From contig NZ_OZ241977.1 in the NCBI RefSeq assembly GCF_965204145.1, forward strand, positions 2,655,811 to 2,719,810: 64,000 nucleotides of DNA, read 5' to 3'. Numbering within the stretch: the stretch's first letter is position 1; each line of letters starts with the position of its first letter. The notes under the pieces were generated by a model. It was not told where the DNA came from. It was given only the letters and a program-made list of their open reading frames with translations, and made no database searches. The position numbers were made by a program, and so were the translations under genes. Below, in pieces: positions 50,199 through 59,341 of the stretch. Origin of the DNA: Candidatus Poriferisocius sp. GTDB lineage: Bacteria > Actinomycetota > Acidimicrobiia > Acidimicrobiales > Bin134.

Positions 50199-52865
50199 GT
50201 GTCGGCCACTAGGTTTGGGGTCGCCATGGACCCAAAGCGCTTGCGTCCCTTCCACATCGTGCTCGGCCTTGGGCTGGGCTTCGCCGCCTTCACCATCGCC
50301 TCGGGCATCGCCTCGGCCATCACCGAGTTCAAGAACCCGGCGGAGATCACCCGCCATCCGTGGGAGAACATCCCCAACGGGTGGAAGGCGGCCTTCTACA
50401 CCATCATCCCCATCTTCTTGGTGTGGGCCTCCTGGGAGTTCGCCAAGCGGGTGAAGAACTGGGAGCGGGGCGGCCCCGACAACCGCCGCACCACCCTGGC
50501 CAACGCCAAGACCCGCCTCGAGGACCTCCGACGGGGCATGTACATGCGCACCCTGTTGCGAGAGCCCGGCGCCGGGATCATGCACTCCATGATCTATGTG
50601 GGGTTCATCATCCTGTTGGGGGTCACCACCACTCTCGAGATCGACGAGCAGCTCCCCGACGGGGCCAAGTTCCTCCACGGCCGGATCTATCAGGTGTACT
50701 CCGCGGTGGGCGACATCGCCGGTGCCATCTTCCTGGTCGGGGTTATGTGGGCCATCGTGCGCCGCTACGGCCCCCGGCGGCTGCGCCCCTACCGCATCCG
50801 CATCAAGTCACGGCCCGAGCACGCGGTGATCCTGGGCACCTTCTTCGCCATCGGCGTCACCGGTTTCGGCGCCGAGGTGTTCCGCATCGCCGACCACGGC
50901 GTGCCCGACTTCGAGAAGTGGTCGGTGCTCGGCTACCAGGTGGCCACCCAGATGCGGGGGCTCGAGGGGCTCGACCACTGGCACCAGTTCTGGTGGGCCG
51001 GACACGTGATCACCTTCGTGGCCTTCCTGGTGCTGCTGCCCATCACCATGTTGCGCCACATGGTCACCTCCCCGCTGAACATGTACCTGCGGGACAAAGA
51101 CCGGCCCAAAGGCGCCATGAAGCCCATGCCCAACCTGATGGAGACCGACCTGGAGACGTTCGGCGCCGCCACCGTGGAGGATTTCACCTGGAAGCAGCTG
51201 CTGGACACCGACGCCTGCACCATGTGCGGGCGGTGTACGTCGGTGTGCCCCGCCCACGCCACCGGCAAGCCCCTCGACCCCCGGGAAATCGTGCTCAAGA
51301 CCGGCGAGGTCATGGCCGCCACCGGCGAGCCGGCCACCACCCCGCCGCTGGGCACGGTGCCGGAGATCAAGGTGGAGGCCAACTCTTTGTTCGAGCGGAT
51401 CACCGGCGAGGAGATCTGGGCGTGTACGTCCTGCAAGGCGTGCGACGAGATCTGCCCGGTGAACATCGAGATCCTCGACAAGATCCTCGACATGCGCCGC
51501 TACCTGTCGCTGATGGAGTCCGACTTCCCCACCGAACTGGGCCAGGCCTATCGGTCGATGGAGAACTCGGGAAATCCGTGGGGCATGTCTCAGGGCGACC
51601 GCGGGGCGTGGGCCACCGAGTTCGAGGGCATCGCGGTGCTCGACGGGGGCGACCCGCTGGAGTCCGAGTACCTCTACTGGGTGGGCTGTGCCGGATCGTT
51701 CGACGACAAGAACCGCAAGGTGACCCAGGCGGTGGCCAAGCTGCTCCAGCGAGCCGAGATCAGCTTCTCCATCTTGGGGCCGGCCGAGAACTGCACCGGC
51801 GACCCGGCCCGGCGCTCGGGCAACGAGTACATCTTCCAGATGCTGGCCATGCAGAACATCGAGACCCTCAATGAGATGGGGGTCAAGAAGATCGTCACAC
51901 AGTGCCCCCACTGCTTCAACACCCTGGCCAACGAGTACCCCCAGCTCGGCGGGCACTACGAAGTGGTCCACCACACCCAGTTCCTGGAGGCGCTGATCGA
52001 CGACGGACGCCTCGACATGACCGGCGCCCGTCTCGACGAGCGGGTGGTGTACCACGACTCCTGCTACCTGGGCCGCCACAACGACGTGTATCTGGCCCCC
52101 CGCCGGGTGGTGGGATCGCTGGGCGGCGTCGAGGTGGTGGAGGCCGAACGCAACGGGACCAAGGGCATGTGCTGCGGGGCGGGCGGCGCCCGCATGTGGA
52201 TGGAGGAGACCATAGGCAAGCAGGTGAACGTGGAGCGCTCGCAAGAGCTGCTGGCTACCGGGGCCGACCGGATCGCCACCGCCTGCCCGTTCTGCTACAT
52301 CATGATCGACGACGGCATCAAGGCTGAGGGTGCCGACGACGACGTGGTGGTGGGCGACATCTCCATGCACCTGCTGGAGGCCCTGGAAAACCGCGACGCT
52401 GCCGTGGAGGAAGCCCGCCAATCCGAACTGCTCACCATCCGCACTCGGGCACCCGAACCCGGTGCGGTGGCTGTGGCCGAGCCGCAGGTCGCAACGGAGG
52501 CTCAAACCACGGTTGAAGCAGAGCCCGTGACCGAGGACGCAGCTCTGGCCGTCGAAGCCGAGCAAGCACCGGCGCCCGAAGCTGACCCCGAGTCGGAGGT
52601 TGACTCAGAACCCGAAGCACCCGCGCCCGAAGCTGCCGCGCCCTCCCGCCAGCCGGATGACTTCACCCGAATCATGGGCACCGACCCCGCTCTGGCCCGG
52701 TCCCTTCCCGAACACGGGATCGTCACCTACGAGGACATGGCCGCCCTTGACGAGGCCGGGGTGCGCGACCTCGAAGCCGCCCTGGAGATTCCCGGTCGCA
52801 TCAGCAAGTGGAAGTGGCCCACCCAAGCTGCCGCCCTCATTGCTGAGCGCGAAGAAGCCGACTGA
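50199..52865 (+). CDS. membrane-anchored HdrD/GlpC-like iron-sulfur oxidoreductase (Rv0338c-like architecture)
   Basis: The N-terminus has multiple TM helices. Two ferredoxin motifs follow, 'CTMCGRCTSVCP' and 'CTSCKACDEICP', then two Cys-rich CCG-type domains ('TQCPHCFNTL', 'TACPFCYIM'). The tail is acidic and Ala/Pro-rich with a small terminal domain. The start (GTG 50199 or ATG 50226) is uncertain. Confidence 0.75.
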   Translation: MSATRFGVAMDPKRLRPFHIVLGLGLGFAAFTIASGIASAITEFKNPAEITRHPWENIPNGWKAAFYTIIPIFLVWASWEFAKRVKNWERGGPDNRRTTLANAKTRLEDLRRGMYMRTLLREPGAGIMHSMIYVGFIILLGVTTTLEIDEQLPDGAKFLHGRIYQVYSAVGDIAGAIFLVGVMWAIVRRYGPRRLRPYRIRIKSRPEHAVILGTFFAIGVTGFGAEVFRIADHGVPDFEKWSVLGYQVATQMRGLEGLDHWHQFWWAGHVITFVAFLVLLPITMLRHMVTSPLNMYLRDKDRPKGAMKPMPNLMETDLETFGAATVEDFTWKQLLDTDACTMCGRCTSVCPAHATGKPLDPREIVLKTGEVMAATGEPATTPPLGTVPEIKVEANSLFERITGEEIWACTSCKACDEICPVNIEILDKILDMRRYLSLMESDFPTELGQAYRSMENSGNPWGMSQGDRGAWATEFEGIAVLDGGDPLESEYLYWVGCAGSFDDKNRKVTQAVAKLLQRAEISFSILGPAENCTGDPARRSGNEYIFQMLAMQNIETLNEMGVKKIVTQCPHCFNTLANEYPQLGGHYEVVHHTQFLEALIDDGRLDMTGARLDERVVYHDSCYLGRHNDVYLAPRRVVGSLGGVEVVEAERNGTKGMCCGAGGARMWMEETIGKQVNVERSQELLATGADRIATACPFCYIMIDDGIKAEGADDDVVVGDISMHLLEALENRDAAVEEARQSELLTIRTRAPEPGAVAVAEPQVATEAQTTVEAEPVTEDAALAVEAEQAPAPEADPESEVDSEPEAPAPEAAAPSRQPDDFTRIMGTDPALARSLPEHGIVTYEDMAALDEAGVRDLEAALEIPGRISKWKWPTQAAALIAEREEAD

Positions 52866-52925
52866 ACAACTCCAGCTCTCATTAGCCCCTGGAGGGGGAA
52901 GGCAAGGGCGAGCCAACCGCTCAGC

Positions 52926-55658
52926 TCACCCGGTATTGCGGAGACCAGCGGCGATACCGTTTACCGTCAAAAGCAGGGCCCGCTGAATGCGTCGGTTGTC
53001 TGCGGGAACACCGGTTGCGGCTCTCGACCGGGCCAACAGCTCAACCTGCAAGACGCTGATGGGGTCGAGATAGGCGTCGCGCACCGCCAAGGTTCGCTTC
53101 AGCACCGGAAGGTCGTTGAGCAGGTCGCCACCGGCAAGCTTGGCGATGTGGGCCACGGTCAAGTCGTGCTCCTCAGCAATGGTGTCGAAGAAGTGGTGGA
53201 GTTCGGGGGCAACCAGGCGGTTGACATAGTGGCGGGCAATGGCAAGATCGGTCTTCACCAGGGTCATTTCAACGTTGGAGACGAATGTGCGGAAGAACTG
53301 CCAATCCTGGTACATGGTCTGAAGCTGTTCTCCGCATCCAGCCTGCTGCGCCGCCTCCATTGCGGTGCCCACCCCGAACCAGCCGGGGATGATCTGGCGC
53401 GACTGGGTCCAGCCGAACACCCAGGGAATTGCCCGCAGGCCGTCTATCCCGGCCTCAGCGCCCGACCGTCGAGCCGGTCGTGAGCCGATATTCATTGCAG
53501 CCAACTCCTCTACCGGGGTAGAGGTCTGGAAGTACTCAACGAAGCCAGGGGTATCGAGCAGGTTGCGGTACGCCTGATAGGCGCGTTCGGACATGAGCTC
53601 CATGACGTCGTTCCAAGCTTCGATGCCGCCTTGGCCGTGGCGGGGATGGCGGTGGGCCACCGTGGCCTCGACCACCGCCGACAGGGCCAGATCGAGATTG
53701 CGCTGCGCCAAGCGGGGCAGTCCGTACTTGTCGGCGATGACCTCGCCCTGTTCGGTGATCTTGACCGCACCGTTCACAACCCCAGCGGGCTGCGACAAGA
53801 TGGCCGCGTTGGTGGGGCCTCCACCCCGCCCCACTGTGCCGCCTCGCCCGTGGAACACCACCACCTTGATCCCGACCTCAGCCGACACTTCGGCGATCGC
53901 CCGCAGCGCCTTGTGGATCTCCCACTGCGAGGTCGTGATCCCGCCGTCCTTGTTGGAATCTGAGTATCCGACCATTACCTCTTGCACATTGCCCCTGATC
54001 TCAACCAGCCGCCGGTAGGCGGGCACGGCAAAGAGCTCTCGGAGCATGGTGCCGATTCCGCGAAGATCGGCAACGGTCTCGAACAGCGGCACGAATCCGA
54101 GGCGGGCGATTCCGCTGGGGATGTCCACCAATCCGACTTCACGGGCCAGCACAACGGGGGCCAGCACATCGTCGACCCCCTGGGTCATCGACACGATGTA
54201 GCTCCCGATAGCCCCGTCTCCGTGTTGATCGAGGGCGTGACGGAGAGCGGTGAACAGAGCCAATGAGCCTCGCGCGTCCAGCCCCGCAGGTGGGGCCAGC
54301 GGACGGCGGCTTTCCAGTTCGGAGGCCAAAAGGGCGGTGCGCTCGGGGCGCGACATGGTGCTGTATCCGGTATCCAGCTCAGAAAAGAGCCCTTCGAGGG
54401 CCAAATGGTGGGCCGATGCGCTCTCGCGTATATCGAGAATGGCGAGGTGAAAGCCGATCATGGCCAGAATTCGCCGTACCCGGGCCAGGCGGCCCTGAGC
54501 CAGCAGCGACCCCTCATTGGCTTCCAGCGACTGAGACATGACGGCCAAGTCGGCTTCCACTTCAGCAGGCGTCCTATAGGCCCTCGGTCCGGGCGGCAGG
54601 TCCATCGCTTCCTGAAGGCGCTGGTGGATCACCGAGCAGCGCTGGCGATAGGGCTCACCAGCGCTCAGCTTGCTGAACCGGGAGACAATGTCGGGAAAGC
54701 CGTCGCGGTCGGTCTCGAGTTGAGCCTGCATTTCCTCAGTGATTCCAGCGACCGCCGTGCTCACCGACAGCTCCGAGGACAGCTCCTCGATCTCGGCCAC
54801 CAACAGGCGCAACGCCCGACCTCGCTGGAAAGCCAGCACCTCCAGCGTCGTTTCCGGAGTGACATTGGGATTGCCGTCGCGGTCGCCTCCCACCCAAGAA
54901 CCGAACCGCACTGGCACCTGAGGCCCGTCAAGCGATCCTCCGATGGTCCGGAGCACAGCATCGACGTCATCGAAGAGCTCGGGTACGCCGTCGGCGGCAA
55001 TCTCGGTGAGGAAATAGAGGATGGACCGAGCCTCGTCCACCGGGTCGGGCCTCTCCCGGCGGAGCTCGTCGGTCTGCCAGACAGCGTCGATCAGCTCATC
55101 GATCCGGCGGTCGATCCTGCTCTGGTCGGCCGGTCCACAGCCGCTCTCCCCCCGGCGTTCGATGAGGACCGCAATCTCGGTGAGCTTGTCGAGGATCGAC
55201 CGGCGGGATGCCTCAGTGGGATGGGCGGTAAAAACCGGGCGCAGGTCGGCATGGCGGGTGGCAGCCACGATCTCGGCCTCGTCGATTCCCAGCTTCAAGA
55301 GCTTGTCCACCGCATCGCCAAAGCGGAGACTGCCAGCGAGGCCGGCGGCATTCAGATCCTCCACTCGGTGAACTTGCTCGGCGGTGTTGGCCAAGTGGAA
55401 GTAGACGGTGAACGCCCGCACAAGATGGATGGCCTCGACCACATCGACATCGTCGAGCACCTTTCCTAGCCCGGCACCCGACTCCTCGTCGCGCCGCAGG
55501 CCCCGAGCCATGGCCCTCACTTGCTCCACGCGCTCAAGCAACTCGGGTCCGTGCTGGCGCACCAGGGCATTTCCCAGTTGAGTGCCCAGACGCCTGATGT
55601 CGTTGCGAAGAGCGGAGTCGATTTGGTCGAGTTCGTCAGCCGGCACCATGGAATTCAA
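52926..55658 (-). CDS. ppc: phosphoenolpyruvate carboxylase
   Basis: 'VFTAHPTE', 'MVGYSDSNKDGG', 'FHGRGGTVGRGGGP' and the C-terminal '...GIAAGLRNTG'. Confidence 0.95.
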   Translation of the reverse strand: MNSMVPADELDQIDSALRNDIRRLGTQLGNALVRQHGPELLERVEQVRAMARGLRRDEESGAGLGKVLDDVDVVEAIHLVRAFTVYFHLANTAEQVHRVEDLNAAGLAGSLRFGDAVDKLLKLGIDEAEIVAATRHADLRPVFTAHPTEASRRSILDKLTEIAVLIERRGESGCGPADQSRIDRRIDELIDAVWQTDELRRERPDPVDEARSILYFLTEIAADGVPELFDDVDAVLRTIGGSLDGPQVPVRFGSWVGGDRDGNPNVTPETTLEVLAFQRGRALRLLVAEIEELSSELSVSTAVAGITEEMQAQLETDRDGFPDIVSRFSKLSAGEPYRQRCSVIHQRLQEAMDLPPGPRAYRTPAEVEADLAVMSQSLEANEGSLLAQGRLARVRRILAMIGFHLAILDIRESASAHHLALEGLFSELDTGYSTMSRPERTALLASELESRRPLAPPAGLDARGSLALFTALRHALDQHGDGAIGSYIVSMTQGVDDVLAPVVLAREVGLVDIPSGIARLGFVPLFETVADLRGIGTMLRELFAVPAYRRLVEIRGNVQEVMVGYSDSNKDGGITTSQWEIHKALRAIAEVSAEVGIKVVVFHGRGGTVGRGGGPTNAAILSQPAGVVNGAVKITEQGEVIADKYGLPRLAQRNLDLALSAVVEATVAHRHPRHGQGGIEAWNDVMELMSERAYQAYRNLLDTPGFVEYFQTSTPVEELAAMNIGSRPARRSGAEAGIDGLRAIPWVFGWTQSRQIIPGWFGVGTAMEAAQQAGCGEQLQTMYQDWQFFRTFVSNVEMTLVKTDLAIARHYVNRLVAPELHHFFDTIAEEHDLTVAHIAKLAGGDLLNDLPVLKRTLAVRDAYLDPISVLQVELLARSRAATGVPADNRRIQRALLLTVNGIAAGLRNTG

Positions 55659-55820
55659 ACATCCATTCTACCGACCGAGCTCCAATCGCTTTGCTCCCGG
55701 CGAAGTGTCTACCCCACCTTGTGCCAGTACAAGACGCAATTGGAGTGGAGGCTCCGGCGATGAGAATCGGCGACGTGGTGAAGGCTCTCGGTTCAATGGT
55801 GGCGGCGCCTGGGCCGAATG

Positions 55821-56675
55821 TCACGCCAGCGCCTCCTGCGACATCGACGCCACATAGCCGATGGCGGGATCGGCCTGGCCTTCGAGCAAGTCGCGGTAAA
55901 CCGCCTCGATCTCCTCGGACCCCGTTCGGTGGACCACGCTGAGCCAGCGACCGGTGTCGTCGACGAGTTCGTGCCATGCCTCGGCGATGCGCCTCGTCAA
56001 CTCGGCCGCTCCCCATTCCTCGGAGCGCTTGGCGATCTGACTGGGGGCGAAGAAGAACTCAGGCCGCGCGCCGGGCAGCTCGGCACCGCCTATTGCGGGG
56101 TCCTCCCAGTGGGTGGCGCCGACGGTCAGGGAGAACTGGAGCCTGTCGCCGAAATGGGTGTGTACCCCCGACCGCACTGCCGCACTTCCCGCCATGTCGA
56201 CCACGCCCGACGCCGCCGCGGGATCGAGTTGGTGGATGTCGTCGTAGACGACGACTTCGTCGTACAGGTCCAAACCCTCGACGAAGGCGAGATTGCGGGA
56301 AGATGTGAGGCCCACGCTGCGGTGGCCGCGACGGGCGAGGCAGAAGGCCAGGCAGATCGAGGTTTTCGATGATGCGCTGGTCACCAGGGTCTGAGAGGCA
56401 CCGTGAAAGCCCTGGTCGCCCAGGAAGTCGTCGGCCAGAAACGACGTCATGAACAGGCCGCGGAGCAGCAGGAACTCGTCTACTCGGTCATCGCGGAACA
56501 TGATGTCGCCGCTGACCGCGCTGAAATCGGTGTAGACCGCGGCGTGCTGGGCGCGGTGGGCGCCGATGTCGGTGAAGCCAGCCCCTTTTGGCGCGACCTC
56601 GATGACCACATCGCTGGCCATAGGATAGAAGCCGAAGTAGCGTCCGCTTGCATGGCTGAACCCTAACGACCTCCT
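55821..56675 (-). pseudogene. hypothetical protein (possibly DUF2855-like), apparently lacking its 5' part
   Basis: The 266-aa ORF starts at 56621. The conserved-looking sequence continues in frame upstream ('...GFSHASGRYFGFYP-MASDVVIEV') to a stop at 56676-56678, with no start codon in between. No further N-terminal region is present. Confidence 0.35.
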
Positions 56676-56718
56676 TCAACTATTGCCAGTAAAAGGCGCA
56701 CTACTATAGGGTCTTGCC

Positions 56719-56907
56719 ATGCCGCGGTACGGGGTGCTGAACGACGCCTACCTGGGCTCCTGGCTCCAGCGAGACGAGCCTGGCGGGCCCATGTGGGCGC
56801 TCAACCTGATGAAATACCGCCCCGTCGCCGACTACCGCGACGGACGGGAGACCTCGCTCAGCGGCATCGAGGCCGACGATGTCTATTCGCCGGCCGTCGA
56901 CCGCTGA
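56719..56907 (+). CDS. short ORF, possible gene fragment
   Basis: 62 aa, 'MPRYGVLNDAYLGSWLQRDEPGGPMWALNLMKYRPVADYRDG...'. Composition is coding-like but the ORF is short and unassigned. Confidence 0.25.
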   Translation: MPRYGVLNDAYLGSWLQRDEPGGPMWALNLMKYRPVADYRDGRETSLSGIEADDVYSPAVDR

Positions 56908-56939
56908 GCCGATCAAGTGACTGCTACCGTCGAACGAAG

Positions 56940-57572
56940 ATGACCGATATCGACCACTCCGACGCACCGGTCGACGGGCGTGTCGCCCGCCGAGAGCGCA
57001 ATATCGAGAACGTTCTCGACATCGTCATCCAGATGTTCGCCGAGGAATCTCTCTTTCCGACTATGGAGCAGGTTTCCCAGCGGTCGGGCCTTTCTCTGCG
57101 GTCGCTCTACCGGTACTTCCCCAATCCTGGAGAGCTCCTCGAGGCCGCGGTCAATCGCCATCGCGAGCTAATGAGAGACGCCGGCCACCTCCACAGAATC
57201 GGACAGGGTCCTCTCGACCGCCGGATAGACGACTTCGTGGCCATGCGGCTCCGGCTCTATGAGAGAGCCAGCGCGGTGTACCGGGCCGGGTTGCACAATG
57301 CACCTCTTCATCCCCCGATTCGCGACTGGGTGGCCCGAGCCCGCGACGATTTCCGCAACCAGTTCGAACTCCAGTTCAATCCCGAGCTGTCCTCCCTCAA
57401 AGCCGCCGACCGCCAGGCTGTTCTGGCGGCTGGCGACGCGCTGTCCCAGTTCGACGCCATCGACTACCTGCGGCGCCACCGCCGCCTCTCGGTGTCAGAG
57501 ACCGAAGCCGTCCTCCGCTCTGGGCTGCAAGCCTTGCTCGAAGTGGACCGGCGACAGGCCGGTGGCGGCTGA
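56940..57572 (+). CDS. TetR-family transcriptional regulator
   Basis: From the ATG at 56940: 'RRERNIENVLDIVIQMFAEESLFPTMEQVSQRSGLSLRSLYRYFPN', a TetR HTH. Confidence 0.8.
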   Translation: MTDIDHSDAPVDGRVARRERNIENVLDIVIQMFAEESLFPTMEQVSQRSGLSLRSLYRYFPNPGELLEAAVNRHRELMRDAGHLHRIGQGPLDRRIDDFVAMRLRLYERASAVYRAGLHNAPLHPPIRDWVARARDDFRNQFELQFNPELSSLKAADRQAVLAAGDALSQFDAIDYLRRHRRLSVSETEAVLRSGLQALLEVDRRQAGGG

Positions 57573-58811
57573 GAAGGCGGCGGTGATCGCCTCGGCCTCG
57601 TATACGCGGTTGCGGCGGCCCGCGCTGCGCTGCACGAGGACGCCTGCTTGTTCGAGTTGTGCCAGGGCGCGGGCCCCAGTCCTCCAGGAAGCTCCCAGCA
57701 GTTCAGCCGCCTTCTCTGCGTTCAGGACGGGATGCGCGGGGAGTTGGTCGATCAGCCTCATGCCGGGCTTGCTGGGGCGGCCTTCGGCTGTGACCATGCT
57801 CAACCAACCCTGCTTTATGGTCGCCACTTGTTTGATGAGGTGCCTGGCGTAGGACACCGCTTCGCTCACGGAACCAGCGGCAAGGGCGATCCAAGGGCGG
57901 ATCGCAAGCGACCTCGCCGGGTCGTCGGGCTGCGCCACAACGCTGGCCTGCTCCAAAGCGGCGATGTAGTCGTCCTTGCGGAGAGCGAGGGCAGAGCTGA
58001 TCGGCAGTGTGCAGGGAGGGGATAGCCGGCTTCGCTGGAGCATCATCTGTATCAGGGCCCGGCCCGTGCGCCCGTTCCCGTCTCCGAACGGGTGGATCAT
58101 CTCGAATTGGGCGTGAACGACGGCCATTTCCACAATCGGGTGACCCTTGCCCCGGTTGACCCGGTCGATGAGATCACTCATTAGCGCATAGACGGTGTCG
58201 GAGGGCGGAGGGATATAGGAGGCGGTCAGTGGCGTCGACCAGAGCCTGCCCGGCCCGATCCAGTTTTGCTTTGCTCTGAAGTTCCCGGCCGAGGGGTCGT
58301 CTTCCATGAGCTCTCGGTGGACCGACGCAATGTCTTCGACGGTGAGCGGCCTGTTTTCGGCGGCGATTTCCAGCGCGTGATCGAAGGCATTGACATTTCG
58401 CAAGGCCTCCAGATCGTTGGGGCGGGGCTGCTCGCCGAATAGGCCAAGCTGGGCCTCGGCCCGTGCCAGCCGTCGCGCCGATGGGTGGACGCCCTCGATG
58501 GTGCTAGACGCTGCGCTCTCGGCTCGGCGAACAAGCCATTCGGCGGGCAGCGCTGCCGCGTCGCCGCATTCGTCGCCTAGGCGGCGTATCGCATCCTCCG
58601 CCACCATCACCCTCTCGACGCACTCGCCGTCCATCTCGACGTCCCAGTCGGCTATCGGGTGGGGGATAAACGCCCTGAAAACGCAGGCGGGATCATCGCC
58701 CGAGCCCGCCTGCCTAGACTCGTAAGCCTCCTCGTCCCAATAGCGCGGCGATGACATCATGCCCATGTGCGACTCCCCAACGGCCGTTCGCCTGTCAGTA
58801 TACAGCCTCAT
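57495..58811 (-). CDS. Fic/DOC family protein with a C-terminal winged-helix
   Basis: The Fic motif is 'HPFGDGNGRTGRALIQMML' (HxFx[DE]GNGRxxR). The C-terminal part reads '...AAELLGASWRTGARALAQLEQAGVLV'. The start could be 58811 or the ATG at 58766. Confidence 0.85.
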   Translation of the reverse strand: MRLYTDRRTAVGESHMGMMSSPRYWDEEAYESRQAGSGDDPACVFRAFIPHPIADWDVEMDGECVERVMVAEDAIRRLGDECGDAAALPAEWLVRRAESAASSTIEGVHPSARRLARAEAQLGLFGEQPRPNDLEALRNVNAFDHALEIAAENRPLTVEDIASVHRELMEDDPSAGNFRAKQNWIGPGRLWSTPLTASYIPPPSDTVYALMSDLIDRVNRGKGHPIVEMAVVHAQFEMIHPFGDGNGRTGRALIQMMLQRSRLSPPCTLPISSALALRKDDYIAALEQASVVAQPDDPARSLAIRPWIALAAGSVSEAVSYARHLIKQVATIKQGWLSMVTAEGRPSKPGMRLIDQLPAHPVLNAEKAAELLGASWRTGARALAQLEQAGVLVQRSAGRRNRVYEAEAITAAFSAATGLSPVHFEQGLQPRAEDGFGL

Positions 58812-58841
58812 ATTGACGCATACGTGGAGATATCAACAATC

Positions 58842-58869
58842 TTGTCAGTATAGATATCTATATTGACAG
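58842..58869. promoter_or_regulatory. 28-bp imperfect palindrome centred on GATATC, upstream of the fic gene
   Basis: 'TTGTCAGTATA-GATATC-TATATTGACAG'. The arms differ at 2 positions, and the half-site TGTCAGTATA recurs at 58793. Confidence 0.5.
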
Positions 58870-58892
58870 ATCTATCGATCTCAAGCACAATA

Positions 58893-58918
58893 TGTCAACA
58901 CACTGGCCTGTGTTGACA
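58893..58918. promoter_or_regulatory. perfect 10-bp inverted repeat with a 6-bp spacer
   Basis: 'TGTCAACACA-ctggcc-TGTGTTGACA', read directly. It sits in the AT-rich gap between fic and the oxidoreductase remnant. Confidence 0.5.
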
Positions 58919-58930
58919 ACCAAGGCCAGC

Positions 58931-59272
58931 CTAGAAGGGGCGCAGCAGGAGCTTTCCGTGGTTTTCGCCTCGAAACAGCATGCGGAAGGCCTCGGGGAAG
59001 CTCTCAATTCCCTCGACGATGTGCTGGCGATGCTTGAGCGAGCCGTCGGCCACCCAGGCGGCCAAATCGGGCACTGCCTCGGGGATGCGATGGAGGTAGT
59101 CGAGCATCGTGAACCCCGTCATGCGACCGCTTCTGGAGATCAGCTGCACGTCCACTTCGATCTCGCCATCGGCCAACTCCGGCGGAGAGTCGTGAGTGAT
59201 GCTCCAGACATCGTCGGCGGGAATCCCCGACGGGTAGGCCACAAGTCGGACCTGGGAGGGTTGCGGAACCAT
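58931..59272 (-). pseudogene. remnant of an NADP-dependent (zinc-free MDR, YncB/CurA-like) oxidoreductase with an internal deletion
   Basis: This 113-aa ORF joins an MDR N-terminus ('VRLVAYPSGIPADDVWSITHDSPPELADGEIEVDVQLIS') directly to an MDR C-terminus ('GFTMLDYLHRIPEAVPDLAAWVADGSLKHRQHIVEGIESFPEAFRMLFRGENHGKLLL'). The whole Rossmann domain is missing. Confidence 0.55.
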
Positions 59273-59341
59273 AGGCCGAGAGCCTAAGTTTTGCGTGTAT
59301 TACTGGCAAATGATTGGTGTGAGAGAGATCCGAGGACCGCC

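Noticed and set aside
50360-52565. 504-aa (+) and 585-aa (-) ORFs overlapping the Fe-S reductase gene
   Set aside because: These are alternative-frame and antisense shadows. Only the 50199..52865 frame has TM helices, ferredoxin CxxCxxCxxxCP motifs and CCG motifs.
52866-52925. Possible bidirectional terminator between the Fe-S reductase and ppc (CTCCAG...CTGGAG)
   Set aside because: The stem is only 6 bp with a 13-nt loop and no U-tract, which is too weak to call.
58892-59287. 131-aa plus-strand ORF starting inside the perfect inverted repeat
   Set aside because: The opposite strand encodes recognisable MDR oxidoreductase N- and C-terminal segments, and the plus-strand product has no motifs.
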